Assembly: GCA_963605415.1 (NCBI GenBank)
Contig: CAVCUL010000002.1
Location: 169,231 to 233,230 of the forward strand
Length of the DNA: 64,000 nucleotides
Source: a bacterium
GTDB lineage: Bacteria > Bacillota > Clostridia > Oscillospirales > Acutalibacteraceae
Reading direction: 5' to 3'
Below the pieces are notes generated by a model. It was not told where the DNA came from, ran no database searches, and saw only the letters and a program-made list of their open reading frames with translations. The translations under genes were made by a program, and so were the position numbers. Within the stretch, counting starts at the first letter, position 1; every line of letters begins with the position of its first letter. This document shows positions 9,656-18,171 of this stretch, piece after piece.

Positions 9656-10636
9656 TCAGCAAATTCTGGGCAGGCCCTCGCCGTACAGCACGCTGACCCG
9701 GCGCTTGCCGCCAATGGGGGTGAGCGCCACAACGCCCTCACCGTTTGTCACAGTGCCGATGGCGGCCGCCTCTGCGCCGTAGCGGCTGGCACGCAGCTGT
9801 TCCAGTGCCCGGTCTGCCTGGTGGGCAGGTACGGCAGCCAGCAGCTTGCCCTCGTTGCCCATATGCAACAGTTCCAGCCCTAAAATATGGGCAAAGGCGC
9901 GCACATCCTCGTGCACCGGGATAGCCGCTTCGTCGATCTCTATGCCGCAGTTCGCTGCCTCTGCCAGCTCGCACAGCACGGTGCCCAGGCCGCCCCGGGT
10001 AATGTCCCGCAAGGTGTGCACATCAACGCCCCCTTGCAGCAGGGCGGTGACCATATCGCCCAGGGGGGCGCAGTCGGACTGAATGGTGTTGTCCATGCCC
10101 ATGCGGGCAGAGAGAATGGCTGCGTGGTGGTCGCCCATGGCGCCGCTGACCAGCAGGGTATCTCCCGGCTGCAATGCGGTGGCGGCAATGTGTGTGCCGG
10201 TGGGCAAAAAGCCCACTCCGGCGGTGTTGATATAAATATTGCCGCTGCCATCCACCACCTTGGTGTCGCCGGCAACGATGGTCACACCGGCCTCTGCGGC
10301 GGTGGCTGCCATGGACCGGGCAATGCGGCTGAGATCCTCGGTGGTGCACCCGGTCTCCAAAATAAAACCGACGGTCAGATACTTGGGGGTAGCGCCCCGC
10401 ATCAGCAGGTCGTTGACGGTGCCGCACACCGCCAGGCGGCCAATGTCGCCGCCGGGGAAGAACAGGGGTTGCACCACAAAGCTGTCTGTGGTGACGGCCA
10501 GCTGTTCGCAGCCGGGCACCACGGCACTGTCGTCCATTTGGCGCAGGATGGGATTGTCAAAAGCCTTGGCAAACACGGTGCGGATCAGTTCTCCGGTGGC
10601 CGCGCCGCCGCTGCCGTGGGCAAGGGTGATTTCCAT
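9656..10636 (-). CDS. hypE: [NiFe]-hydrogenase maturation protein HypE (carbamoyl dehydratase)
   Basis: 326-aa ORF. MEITLAHGSGG N-terminus, PurM-like fold motifs, and the diagnostic C-terminal PRIC. Confidence 0.95.
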   Translation of the reverse strand: MEITLAHGSGGAATGELIRTVFAKAFDNPILRQMDDSAVVPGCEQLAVTTDSFVVQPLFFPGGDIGRLAVCGTVNDLLMRGATPKYLTVGFILETGCTTEDLSRIARSMAATAAEAGVTIVAGDTKVVDGSGNIYINTAGVGFLPTGTHIAATALQPGDTLLVSGAMGDHHAAILSARMGMDNTIQSDCAPLGDMVTALLQGGVDVHTLRDITRGGLGTVLCELAEAANCGIEIDEAAIPVHEDVRAFAHILGLELLHMGNEGKLLAAVPAHQADRALEQLRASRYGAEAAAIGTVTNGEGVVALTPIGGKRRVSVLYGEGLPRIC

Positions 10637-10647
10637 AACGGCTCCTT

Positions 10648-11430
10648 TTATTCTATGGGATACATCTTCTCTAAATGCGCCAGCACATCGCGGATAAATT
10701 GCAGCTGTGCCGGATCGGTGATCTGCCGCCCGGAGGCAAAGTAGGTGACCCCCGGTGCGCTTTCGTAGGTGGCAGGCAGGTCGGTCACCTTGCGGATCAG
10801 CTGGCGCACAGTGCCGGCGTTGCCGTCCACAAAGTGCATTTGGGGCGGCAGCAGGGTGCGCAGCTCCTGCTTAAACAGATTAAAGTGGGTGCACCCCAGC
10901 ACAAAGGCGGCGTAGTCCGCCAAGTTGAATGGAGCCAGCTGCTCGCTTAAATAGGCGTGTACCTGCGCACCGGTGTACATGCCCTTTTCTGCAAAGCGCA
11001 CCAGCCCGGGCAGGGGCAGCAGATCCACCAGGTGGTGGTCGTCGTAGTGCTCCACCAGGCATTTCAGCTTGTTGCCCTTTATGGTAATGGGGGTGGCTGC
11101 CACCAGCACCCGGTGGGTATCGTCCCGGTCCAGTGCCAGCTTGACCGCCGGTTCCATACCGATGATGGGCAGCGGGTAGCGGTCCCGCAGGGTGGCTGCC
11201 GCCGCGCTGGTGGCGGTGTTGCAGGCCAGCACAATGGCGTCCGCTCCCCGGTCCATGAGAAAGCGCACCGCTTCATCTGTGTAGGTCAAAATTTGTTCTC
11301 TGGTCTTTTCGCCGTAGGGCACATGGTCCTCATCGGCGTAGTATAAAAAATGGGCCTCCGGCAGCATTCGCTTGGCCTGGTAGAGAACGGACAGGCCGCC
11401 GATGCCGGAGTCAAAAATGGCAATGTTCAT
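10648..11430 (-). CDS. murI: glutamate racemase
   Basis: 260-aa ORF. MNIAIFDSGIGGLSVL N-terminus. Both catalytic Cys motifs are present (LACNTATS and LGCTHF). Lies 6 nt after hypD and 11 nt before hypE. Confidence 0.9.
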   Translation of the reverse strand: MNIAIFDSGIGGLSVLYQAKRMLPEAHFLYYADEDHVPYGEKTREQILTYTDEAVRFLMDRGADAIVLACNTATSAAAATLRDRYPLPIIGMEPAVKLALDRDDTHRVLVAATPITIKGNKLKCLVEHYDDHHLVDLLPLPGLVRFAEKGMYTGAQVHAYLSEQLAPFNLADYAAFVLGCTHFNLFKQELRTLLPPQMHFVDGNAGTVRQLIRKVTDLPATYESAPGVTYFASGRQITDPAQLQFIRDVLAHLEKMYPIE

Positions 11431-11436
11431 AGTGGT

Positions 11437-12477
11437 TTACATCCTGTGATTGAGATATGCGTTGTGGCAGCTGCCCTCGCCGGACACCATACAGGCGCCC
11501 CGGGGACTGCCGGGGGTACAGGCCGTGCCAAACAGGGGGCAGGCCGTTGGGGGGATGGCGCCGACGATGACCCGGGCGCACCGACAGCCGCTTTGAGCCG
11601 CCGCGTCTGCGGTCAGTTGGGCGCTACCGGCGTCTAACTGCCGGTACTGGGGGCGCAGCACCAGTCCGGAGCCGGGCAAAATGCCCAGTCCCCGCCAGGC
11701 GGCGTTTGCAGGTTCAAAGTATCGGTCCACCAGCGCCCGTGCCGCAGGGTTGCCCTCCGGTCGAACGGCGGTGGGGTAGAGATTTTTGCACACACCCTGC
11801 CCGGCTAAGCGGACCAGCGCGTACAGGCTGCATAGCAGCTCCTCCCCGGTAAAGCCGCTGATCACAAAGGGCAGACCTTGCGCCGCAGCCAGTCGGTGCC
11901 AGGGGCCTTCGCCGGTGATCACCGCCACATGACCCGGGGCCAAAAAGCCGTCGATCTTCGTCTCGCCTTTGCACAGAGCCCGCACTGCCGGTGGCATGGT
12001 CTTGAGTGCCGTCAGCAGCTGCACATTGGAGATTTGCTCTTTTATAATGGTGTCCGCCAGCACCGCATACACCGGGGCGGTGGTCTCAAACCCTACGGCG
12101 GCGAACACAAACCGGGTGTTCGGCTCCGCCTTGGCAAGGGACAGCACCTCCAGCGGAGAATAGACCATTTGCACCCGCCCACCGGCAGCCACGCACTGCT
12201 CCAGCGCCCGGGTACTGCCGGGCACCCGCAGCAGATCGCCAAAGGTGCACACGCACACCCCCGGCTCCATCGCCAGGTCACACAGCCGGTCAATATAGGC
12301 CGATACGCTGACGCACACCGGGCAGCCCGGGCCGCTGATCAGGTGAATGTGGGGCGACAAAATGGCAGGTATGCCGTTCTCGCTGATGGCGGCGGTGTGG
12401 GTGCCGCAAATCTCCATAAAAGTCAGGGGCGGGCCAGGATAGTCGGCCAGCGCCCGGCGAATGTCCGCAAGGTTCAT
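11437..12477 (-). CDS. hypD: [NiFe]-hydrogenase maturation protein HypD
   Basis: ORF 11437..12714(-) trimmed to ATG 12477 (ATGA overlap with the hypC stop). EICGTHT and GPGCPVCV motifs. Confidence 0.95.
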   Translation of the reverse strand: MNLADIRRALADYPGPPLTFMEICGTHTAAISENGIPAILSPHIHLISGPGCPVCVSVSAYIDRLCDLAMEPGVCVCTFGDLLRVPGSTRALEQCVAAGGRVQMVYSPLEVLSLAKAEPNTRFVFAAVGFETTAPVYAVLADTIIKEQISNVQLLTALKTMPPAVRALCKGETKIDGFLAPGHVAVITGEGPWHRLAAAQGLPFVISGFTGEELLCSLYALVRLAGQGVCKNLYPTAVRPEGNPAARALVDRYFEPANAAWRGLGILPGSGLVLRPQYRQLDAGSAQLTADAAAQSGCRCARVIVGAIPPTACPLFGTACTPGSPRGACMVSGEGSCHNAYLNHRM

Positions 12478-12689
12478 AGCAGAGACTCCAGTTCTGCCAG
12501 CAGGTCGTTCATCTCCCGGGCCTGGCTCTCGCTGAGCACCTGGATCACCAGCCCGGCGTGCACCAGCACCCAGTCGCCCACTTGGGCTTTGACCACGCCC
12601 AGGTTGGCAGGCACCCGGTTGCCGCTGTACGCTACCGTGGCGGTGGTGCCGTTGATGGATAGGATTTTGCCGGGTGCGGCAACGCACAT
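12474..12689 (-). CDS. hypC: [NiFe]-hydrogenase maturation chaperone HypC
   Basis: ORF 12474..12893(-) trimmed to ATG 12689 behind GGAGGAATGACT. MCVAAPGKILSI, with Cys2 as the essential residue; 71 aa. Confidence 0.9.
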   Translation of the reverse strand: MCVAAPGKILSINGTTATVAYSGNRVPANLGVVKAQVGDWVLVHAGLVIQVLSESQAREMNDLLAELESLL

Positions 12690-12691
12690 AG

Positions 12692-14764
12692 TCATTCCTC
12701 CAGTGCAGATACATACGCCTGGCCCAGTGCCAGCGCCCCGTCGCCGGGGGGCACTCCGCAGGCGGTATAAACAGTGTAGCCGCTGCGCCGCAGCAGATCT
12801 GCCGTGCAGCGGGTCAAAATTTGGTTGGTAAAGCAGCCGCCGGAGAGCACCACGGTGCTGCGGCGGTAGGTTTGGGCCTGGTTCAGGATCCACCGGGCCA
12901 GCCAGTGGTGCAGCCCCAGCGCCAGAGCGGGCACATCCGCCTTGCGGCGCTGCATTTCCTCCAGCAGCTCCCGAGGAGTGCTGGCCGGGTCAAAGGGATA
13001 AGCGCCGGTTGCCCGGCGAGCCGCTTGCTCCACCGCGGCGGCGCACTGCCCCTCATAGGTGTTGGTATCGCACAGCCCCAGGGCGGCAGCCGTAGCGTCA
13101 AACAGGCGCCCGGCGCTGCTGTTTTGCAGCAGGGGCAAACCGGCTGCTTTGGCCCGGTTCACCAAGGGCTGGGTGCCCAGGTAGCAACTAAGGCACAGCC
13201 GGGCGTCCGTTGCCACGCTGTCCCCGGGAGGACAGGCAAAGGGCGGCAGGTGCCCCAGGTGGGTAAAGTGCCTACCGTCAAAGTCAAACACCTCGCTGCC
13301 CCAGATTTGGCCGTCGGTGCCGTAGCCGGTGCCGTCCAGGGCAAAGCACAGGACCGGTTCGGTCAGTTGGTGCTCCGCCAGCACGGCGGCAGCGTGGGCA
13401 ATATGGTGCTGCACATGCATATCCGGCGCATAAAACCGGCGGGCGGTGTAGCCCGGGTGCAGGTCCGCCACCACTTTCTCTGCCGTAAAGCCGTGGAGAG
13501 CGGCAAAGCGCTCTATATTTTCTTGATAGGCAGCCAGGCAGTCCGGGTGGTCCAGGTCGCCAAAGGGCTGGGACAGGAACACATAGCGCCCGGTGTAGTA
13601 GCCAAAGGTGGCTTTCAAATCACCGCCCAGGCACAGGGTGGTCTCTTTGGCGGCAAAGGGCAGCTCAATGGCTAGGGGCACATAGCCCCGCGCCCGGCGA
13701 ATAAAGGCAGGCTTGCTCTCTGTCACTTGCAGCACAGAGTCGTCAATGGGGGTCAGCACCGGTCGGTTGTGACCCAGCACCGGCACGCCGAACTGCTGCA
13801 CTGCTGTATCGTCTATGCACATAGGTGCGCCGCTGCTGTTGGCGCTGGTAGCCACCAGGGGCGAAATTGCCTCCAGCAGCAGGATTTGCAGCGGATTGCA
13901 GGGCAGAAACGCCCCTATCCGGTCGCTGCCGCAGGTGATCTCTACCGGCAGCGGTCGCTTGTTTTCCAGCAGCACAATGGGTCGGGCGGCGGACAGCAGC
14001 AGCTTTTCCTCCGCCTGGCTCACCCGGCAATACCGCCGTACTTCTTCTATATCGCGGAACAGCACCGCAAAGGGCTTTTGTCCCCGGTGCTTGATTTGGC
14101 GTATTTTTGCCACGGCCGGTGGATTTGCAGCGTGGGCGCACAGGTGATAGCCGCCAATGCCCTTGACGGCCACTACTTCTCCCTGCCGCAGCAAGCGGGC
14201 GGCTGCCTCTATGTCCATAGCCAGCTGCGGCCCACAGTGGGGGCAGGCAATGGTCTGGGCGTGGCAGCGCCGATCTGCGGGGGCGGTGTACTCTGCCCGG
14301 CAGTCCGGGCAAAGGGCAAAGCGCCCCATCACCGTGCGTTCCCGGTCATAGGGCAGGGACTCCATAATCGTGTACCGCGGTCCGCAGTGAATACAGGTGA
14401 TGAACGGGTGCCGGTAGCGCCGGTTCGTCGGGTCCAACAGTTCCCGCCGGCAGTCCGGGCAGGTGGCCAGGTCCGGGGGCAAAAAAGGCAGCCCCTGTGC
14501 CCGGCGGCTGTGAAGAATGGTAAAGTCCGAAAACAGCTGCAAAGGCAGCTGTTTTGCTTCATATTGATAGACGGAAAAGGCGCTGCACAGCCGGTCTATA
14601 AAGGCGGTGAGCGCCGCTTCTTCCCCGGTGGCGGTGAGGGTCACGCGGCCGCCGGTGTTGCACACGGTGCCGGTGATCCCCAGTTCCGTTGCCAGCCGCA
14701 GGGCGGTGGGGCGAAAGCCCATGCCCTGCACAATGCCGCTAAAGATATATTCTCTGGTGGTCAT
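12692..14764 (-). CDS. hypF: carbamoyltransferase HypF
   Basis: ORF 12692..14839(-) trimmed to ATG 14764 (ATGA overlap with the echF stop). Acylphosphatase-like GIVQGMGFRP, two CxxC-x18-CxxC zinc fingers, then YrdC-like and Kae1-like regions. Confidence 0.95.
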   Translation of the reverse strand: MTTREYIFSGIVQGMGFRPTALRLATELGITGTVCNTGGRVTLTATGEEAALTAFIDRLCSAFSVYQYEAKQLPLQLFSDFTILHSRRAQGLPFLPPDLATCPDCRRELLDPTNRRYRHPFITCIHCGPRYTIMESLPYDRERTVMGRFALCPDCRAEYTAPADRRCHAQTIACPHCGPQLAMDIEAAARLLRQGEVVAVKGIGGYHLCAHAANPPAVAKIRQIKHRGQKPFAVLFRDIEEVRRYCRVSQAEEKLLLSAARPIVLLENKRPLPVEITCGSDRIGAFLPCNPLQILLLEAISPLVATSANSSGAPMCIDDTAVQQFGVPVLGHNRPVLTPIDDSVLQVTESKPAFIRRARGYVPLAIELPFAAKETTLCLGGDLKATFGYYTGRYVFLSQPFGDLDHPDCLAAYQENIERFAALHGFTAEKVVADLHPGYTARRFYAPDMHVQHHIAHAAAVLAEHQLTEPVLCFALDGTGYGTDGQIWGSEVFDFDGRHFTHLGHLPPFACPPGDSVATDARLCLSCYLGTQPLVNRAKAAGLPLLQNSSAGRLFDATAAALGLCDTNTYEGQCAAAVEQAARRATGAYPFDPASTPRELLEEMQRRKADVPALALGLHHWLARWILNQAQTYRRSTVVLSGGCFTNQILTRCTADLLRRSGYTVYTACGVPPGDGALALGQAYVSALEE

Positions 14765-15366
14765 ATCGGCTTTGTGTAGGTCTCTGTGCTGGCAGCGCCG
14801 TCGTCCGGGGCAAAGGCCAGGGCGTGGAACTTCAAGCACGCGTCAATGCACGCGCCGCACTGCACGCAGGCACTGCGGTCAATGACCCAGGTGTGGCTCT
14901 CTTTCCGGTCCACGGTGATGGCACCCTGGGGGCACTTGCGGGCGCACAGGCCGCAGAGAATGCACTTCTCCATATCGTTGACGATCTTGCCGCTTTGGGG
15001 CGCCGCTGTTTCTTCTTGCGGCTCCGGCTGGGGCTTTTGGTACACATCCACCAGCTTTTTCGGCCCCGGCGGGGTGTAGCCCGGCTGCATTTCCAGGCAA
15101 TGCTTGGGGCAGCCGGTGGTACAGTCTGCGCACTGCACACAGCCCATACGGTCAATGCTCCAAGTACCGGCCGCCCGGTCCACGGTAATGGCGCCGGAGG
15201 GGCACTTGCGGCTGCACAGCCCGCAGAGAATGCAGGCGTCCATATCAATTTCCACATGGCCGCGGCTGCGCGCCGGGTATTCCCGGGGCACCTGCGGGTA
15301 CTGCCGGGTGGCAGGCTTGGAAAACAGGTTTTTCAGCGCCGTGCGGGTAAAATCCATAAATGCCAT
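14761..15366 (-). CDS. echF: Ech hydrogenase ferredoxin-like subunit (EchF/NuoI-type) with duplicated cluster-binding module, four CxxCxxCxxxC motifs
   Basis: ORF 14761..15408(-) trimmed to ATG 15366 behind AAGGAGGTTCCT. Motifs CILCGLCSRKCP, CVQCADCTTGCP, CILCGLCARKCP, CVQCGACIDAC. Confidence 0.9.
   Translation of the reverse strand: MAFMDFTRTALKNLFSKPATRQYPQVPREYPARSRGHVEIDMDACILCGLCSRKCPSGAITVDRAAGTWSIDRMGCVQCADCTTGCPKHCLEMQPGYTPPGPKKLVDVYQKPQPEPQEETAAPQSGKIVNDMEKCILCGLCARKCPQGAITVDRKESHTWVIDRSACVQCGACIDACLKFHALAFAPDDGAASTETYTKPI
14833..15246 (-). repeat. intragenic tandem duplication inside echF (two ~47-aa 2x[4Fe-4S] modules, 270 nt apart)
   Basis: Module 1 is aa 41-87 (15106-15246); module 2 is aa 131-178 (14833-14976). 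31 of 47 hand-aligned residues are identical. DNA is also clearly similar (GGTCCACGGTAATGGCGCC... vs GGTCCACGGTGATGGCACC...). Confidence 0.85.
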
Positions 15367-15376
15367 AGGAACCTCC

Positions 15377-16456
15377 TTACCGCTCCGTGCAGCTAATGCA
15401 CGGGTCAATGGTCAGGATCTGCAACGGCACATCTGCCAGCTCGCTGCCGGGCAAAATGTGCAAGAGAGAATACAAGTTGGTAAAGGTGGGAGTGCGCACG
15501 CGAAAGCGCTCCAGGAACTTGGTGCCGTTGGCTTTCGTATAATAGAACGCCTCGCCCCGGGGCTGCTCCACCCGCACGATGGCCTCGCCCTTGGGCATAC
15601 CCTTGATGGGCACGGTCAGCTCAGACGCAGGCACCTTGGCGGCCAGCTGACGGATAATGTCAATGGATTGGAACAGCTCGCCAATGCGCACCTGGCAGCG
15701 GGCATAGCCGTCGCAGTCGGTGCTGGTGATGATGTCAAATTCCGCGTCGCCGTAGGCTTCATACCCCAGCTTGCGGGTGTCGATCTCTATGCCGGAAGCA
15801 CGGGCCATGGGCCCTATGGCGCCGTACAGCAGCGCCTGCTCCTTGGTGAGCACGCCCACGCCACGCAGGCGGCTTTGCACGCTGTAATCGTTCAGGAACA
15901 CATGGGCAAGACTGCGCAGCTCCTTTTCCATATCGTCAAAGATGGCAACAAAGCTTTTTAGCATATCGCTGTCCATATCTTTCAGCACGCCGCCGATGGT
16001 GTTGACGCTAAAGATCACTCGCCCGCCGGTGGAGGCCTCAAACATATCCAGCACTTTCTCCCGCATACGCCAGCACTGCATAAACAGGGCGTCAAAGCCA
16101 AAGGCGTCTGCCAACAGGCCCAGCCACAGCAGGTGGGAGTGGACCCGGCTCATCTCGCCCCAAATGGTGCGCAGATATTTTGCTCTGGGCGGCACTTCTG
16201 CGCCAAAGATCTGCTCCAGGGTCTCGCAATAGGCCATGCCGTGCTTAAAGGAGCAAATGCCGCAAATGCGCTCTACCACATATTGGTAGTCGTGGAAGTC
16301 CCGGCGACCGGCCAGTTCTTCCAGTCCACGGTGCACAAAGCCGATGGAGGGGATGGCCTCTACCACCTTTTCGTCCTCCAGGACCAGATCCAGGTGGATC
16401 GGCTCCGGCAGCACCGGGTGCTGGGGGCCAAAGGGCACAATGGTGCGATTAGCCAT
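15377..16456 (-). CDS. echE: group-4 [NiFe]-hydrogenase large subunit (EchE / NuoD-like)
   Basis: ORF 15377..16465(-). ATG at 16456 has GGAGG 8 nt upstream. N-terminal RICGICSFKH and C-terminal DPCISCTER Ni-Fe ligand motifs. The protein ends 3 residues after the last Cys. Confidence 0.95.
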   Translation of the reverse strand: MANRTIVPFGPQHPVLPEPIHLDLVLEDEKVVEAIPSIGFVHRGLEELAGRRDFHDYQYVVERICGICSFKHGMAYCETLEQIFGAEVPPRAKYLRTIWGEMSRVHSHLLWLGLLADAFGFDALFMQCWRMREKVLDMFEASTGGRVIFSVNTIGGVLKDMDSDMLKSFVAIFDDMEKELRSLAHVFLNDYSVQSRLRGVGVLTKEQALLYGAIGPMARASGIEIDTRKLGYEAYGDAEFDIITSTDCDGYARCQVRIGELFQSIDIIRQLAAKVPASELTVPIKGMPKGEAIVRVEQPRGEAFYYTKANGTKFLERFRVRTPTFTNLYSLLHILPGSELADVPLQILTIDPCISCTER

Positions 16457-16850
16457 TCTCTGCACCTCCCTCAGTCTTTTTTACAATGGTCACATTCTCG
16501 CCCATAGGGGTCTTGCAAAAGGGCGTTTCTTTGTCTATTCGGTAGAATTTGCCGTGGAAGTCCAGGTTGATACAGTCAATATCCACCCCGAACAGCTCGG
16601 CGATCTCGTTCTCAAACAGTGCGGCGGAGGGGAAAATATCCGAGATGGAGTTGATGATCTCCCCCGGCTCCACAAATACCCGGTAGCTGTCCATTTGATA
16701 GTCCTTGGCTACGGAATAGATCAACTCCGTACCGTCTGCTCTCCCGGTGGCACCGATCTGTACCAGCCGAAAGCCGGCGCGCAAGTGCTCCAGCATCATT
16801 CGGTACAGGATCTTGATGTCCACATCTTCAATGGTGTAGCTCGGGTTCAT
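16449..16850 (-). CDS. echD: Ech hydrogenase subunit D (NuoC-like)
   Basis: 133-aa ORF. NuoC-family pattern ...FPSAALFENEIAELFGV.... ATGA overlap with the echC stop. Confidence 0.85.
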   Translation of the reverse strand: MNPSYTIEDVDIKILYRMMLEHLRAGFRLVQIGATGRADGTELIYSVAKDYQMDSYRVFVEPGEIINSISDIFPSAALFENEIAELFGVDIDCINLDFHGKFYRIDKETPFCKTPMGENVTIVKKTEGGAENG

Positions 16851-17284
16851 TCTGCGGCCTCCTTTCGGTGTTCGCTTTTTTCTTGCAGCAGCGCCACGGA
16901 TTGCACCACGCCGTCAATAATACTCTCCGGCCGTGCGGCGCACCCGGGCACATAAATATCCACGGGGATCACTTTGTCCACCCCGCCCAGCACATTGTAG
17001 CAGTCCTTGAACACGCCGCCGTTGCAGGCGCACACCCCAATGGCGCACACCACCTTAGGCTCGTTCATCTGCTCGTAGATCTGGCGCACCACCGGCGCGT
17101 TTTGGTGGTTGACGGAGCCGGTGATCAGCAGAATATCCGCGTGCTTAGGGTTGCCGGTGTTAATGACCCCGAACCGCTCCACATCGTAGAGGGGGGTCAG
17201 GCAGGCCAGCACCTCAATATCGCAGCCGTTGCAGGAGGTGCCGTCGTAGTGCATGATCCACGGCGATTTGGTTACATTCGGCAT
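16847..17284 (-). CDS. echC: group-4 [NiFe]-hydrogenase small subunit (EchC / NuoB-like)
   Basis: ORF 16847..17377(-) trimmed to ATG 17284. SCNGCDIE, ILLITGS, CAIGVCACNGG and VPGCAARPE motifs (the four Cys of the proximal cluster). Confidence 0.9.
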   Translation of the reverse strand: MPNVTKSPWIMHYDGTSCNGCDIEVLACLTPLYDVERFGVINTGNPKHADILLITGSVNHQNAPVVRQIYEQMNEPKVVCAIGVCACNGGVFKDCYNVLGGVDKVIPVDIYVPGCAARPESIIDGVVQSVALLQEKSEHRKEAAE

Positions 17285-17286
17285 AC

Positions 17287-18171
17287 TTATACCCCCTTTA
17301 GCGCTTGCAAAACAAAGATGTTGATGACCCCGATGATCATGGTCACCGCCCAGGTGATCTTGAACATACGCTGCCACTTCAGGCGGGCGTTGGTGTTGTC
17401 AATGAGAATTTCCAGGAAGTAGGACAGCACCACGGCCACAGCCGCCAGCGCATAGCTCCAGGGCTTGCCGTTGATGAAAAACAGGGCGATAATACCCATT
17501 AAAAACACATTCTCGTACCAGTGGCTCACCTCTACGATCAAGAGGGTAACGCCGTTGAACTCGGTGGTCAGCCCCTTGACCATCTCCTGATGGGCGTGGT
17601 GGCTGGTAGACAGGTCAAAGGGGTGCTTGCGCAGCTTGATGGTGAGAATGAACAAAAAGCCGCAGAACACGCCGGGCAGGTACACGATGGGCGGCAGGCC
17701 GTCCGCGCGTACAATGTCGCTGACCTTAAAGCTGCCGGTAGCCAGGTAAAAGCCAACGGCGGTGAGCAGTACCATCGGCTCATAGGCCATGGTTTGCAGC
17801 ATTTCCCGGTTGGCACCCATAGCCGCATAAGGGCTGTTACAGGTGGTGGCCGCCAGGATCAGGCATAGGTTGGCGGTGGTCAGGGCAAAGAAGATCAGCA
17901 GCAGATCCCCGCCGCCGAAAAACAGCGCCCCGGTAAAGATAACGAAAATCAGAAAGCTCACATGGCAGACGATCTGAATGTGGTTCATATATTTGGTCTC
18001 TTTGCCCAGCAGCTTGCCCACATCGTAGAAGGACTGGAGCAGCGGCGGGCCTTGGCGCCCTTGCATACGGGCAGTGACCTTGCGGTCTATGCCTTGCAGC
18101 AGACCGCCCACGCCCGGCGCCAGCAGAATGTACAGCGCCACACTGATGGCGGCAACAGCAGCGTTGCTCAT
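17287..18171 (-). CDS. echB: Ech hydrogenase membrane subunit B (NuoH/HycD-like)
   Basis: ORF 17287..18246(-) trimmed to ATG 18171 (ATGA overlap with the echA stop). GIDRKVTARMQGRQGPPLLQ motif and about 8 hydrophobic segments. Confidence 0.9.
   Translation of the reverse strand: MSNAAVAAISVALYILLAPGVGGLLQGIDRKVTARMQGRQGPPLLQSFYDVGKLLGKETKYMNHIQIVCHVSFLIFVIFTGALFFGGGDLLLIFFALTTANLCLILAATTCNSPYAAMGANREMLQTMAYEPMVLLTAVGFYLATGSFKVSDIVRADGLPPIVYLPGVFCGFLFILTIKLRKHPFDLSTSHHAHQEMVKGLTTEFNGVTLLIVEVSHWYENVFLMGIIALFFINGKPWSYALAAVAVVLSYFLEILIDNTNARLKWQRMFKITWAVTMIIGVINIFVLQALKGV

Noticed and set aside
8835-15961. Many 150-350-aa plus-strand ORFs across the hyp/ech block (for example 8835..9782, 9887..10744, 11878..12831, 12821..13675, 13727..14779, 15104..15961).
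   Set aside because: All are antisense to confidently identified minus-strand genes. They have Arg/Gly/Ala/His-rich composition typical of GC-rich non-coding frames, and no motifs or RBSs.
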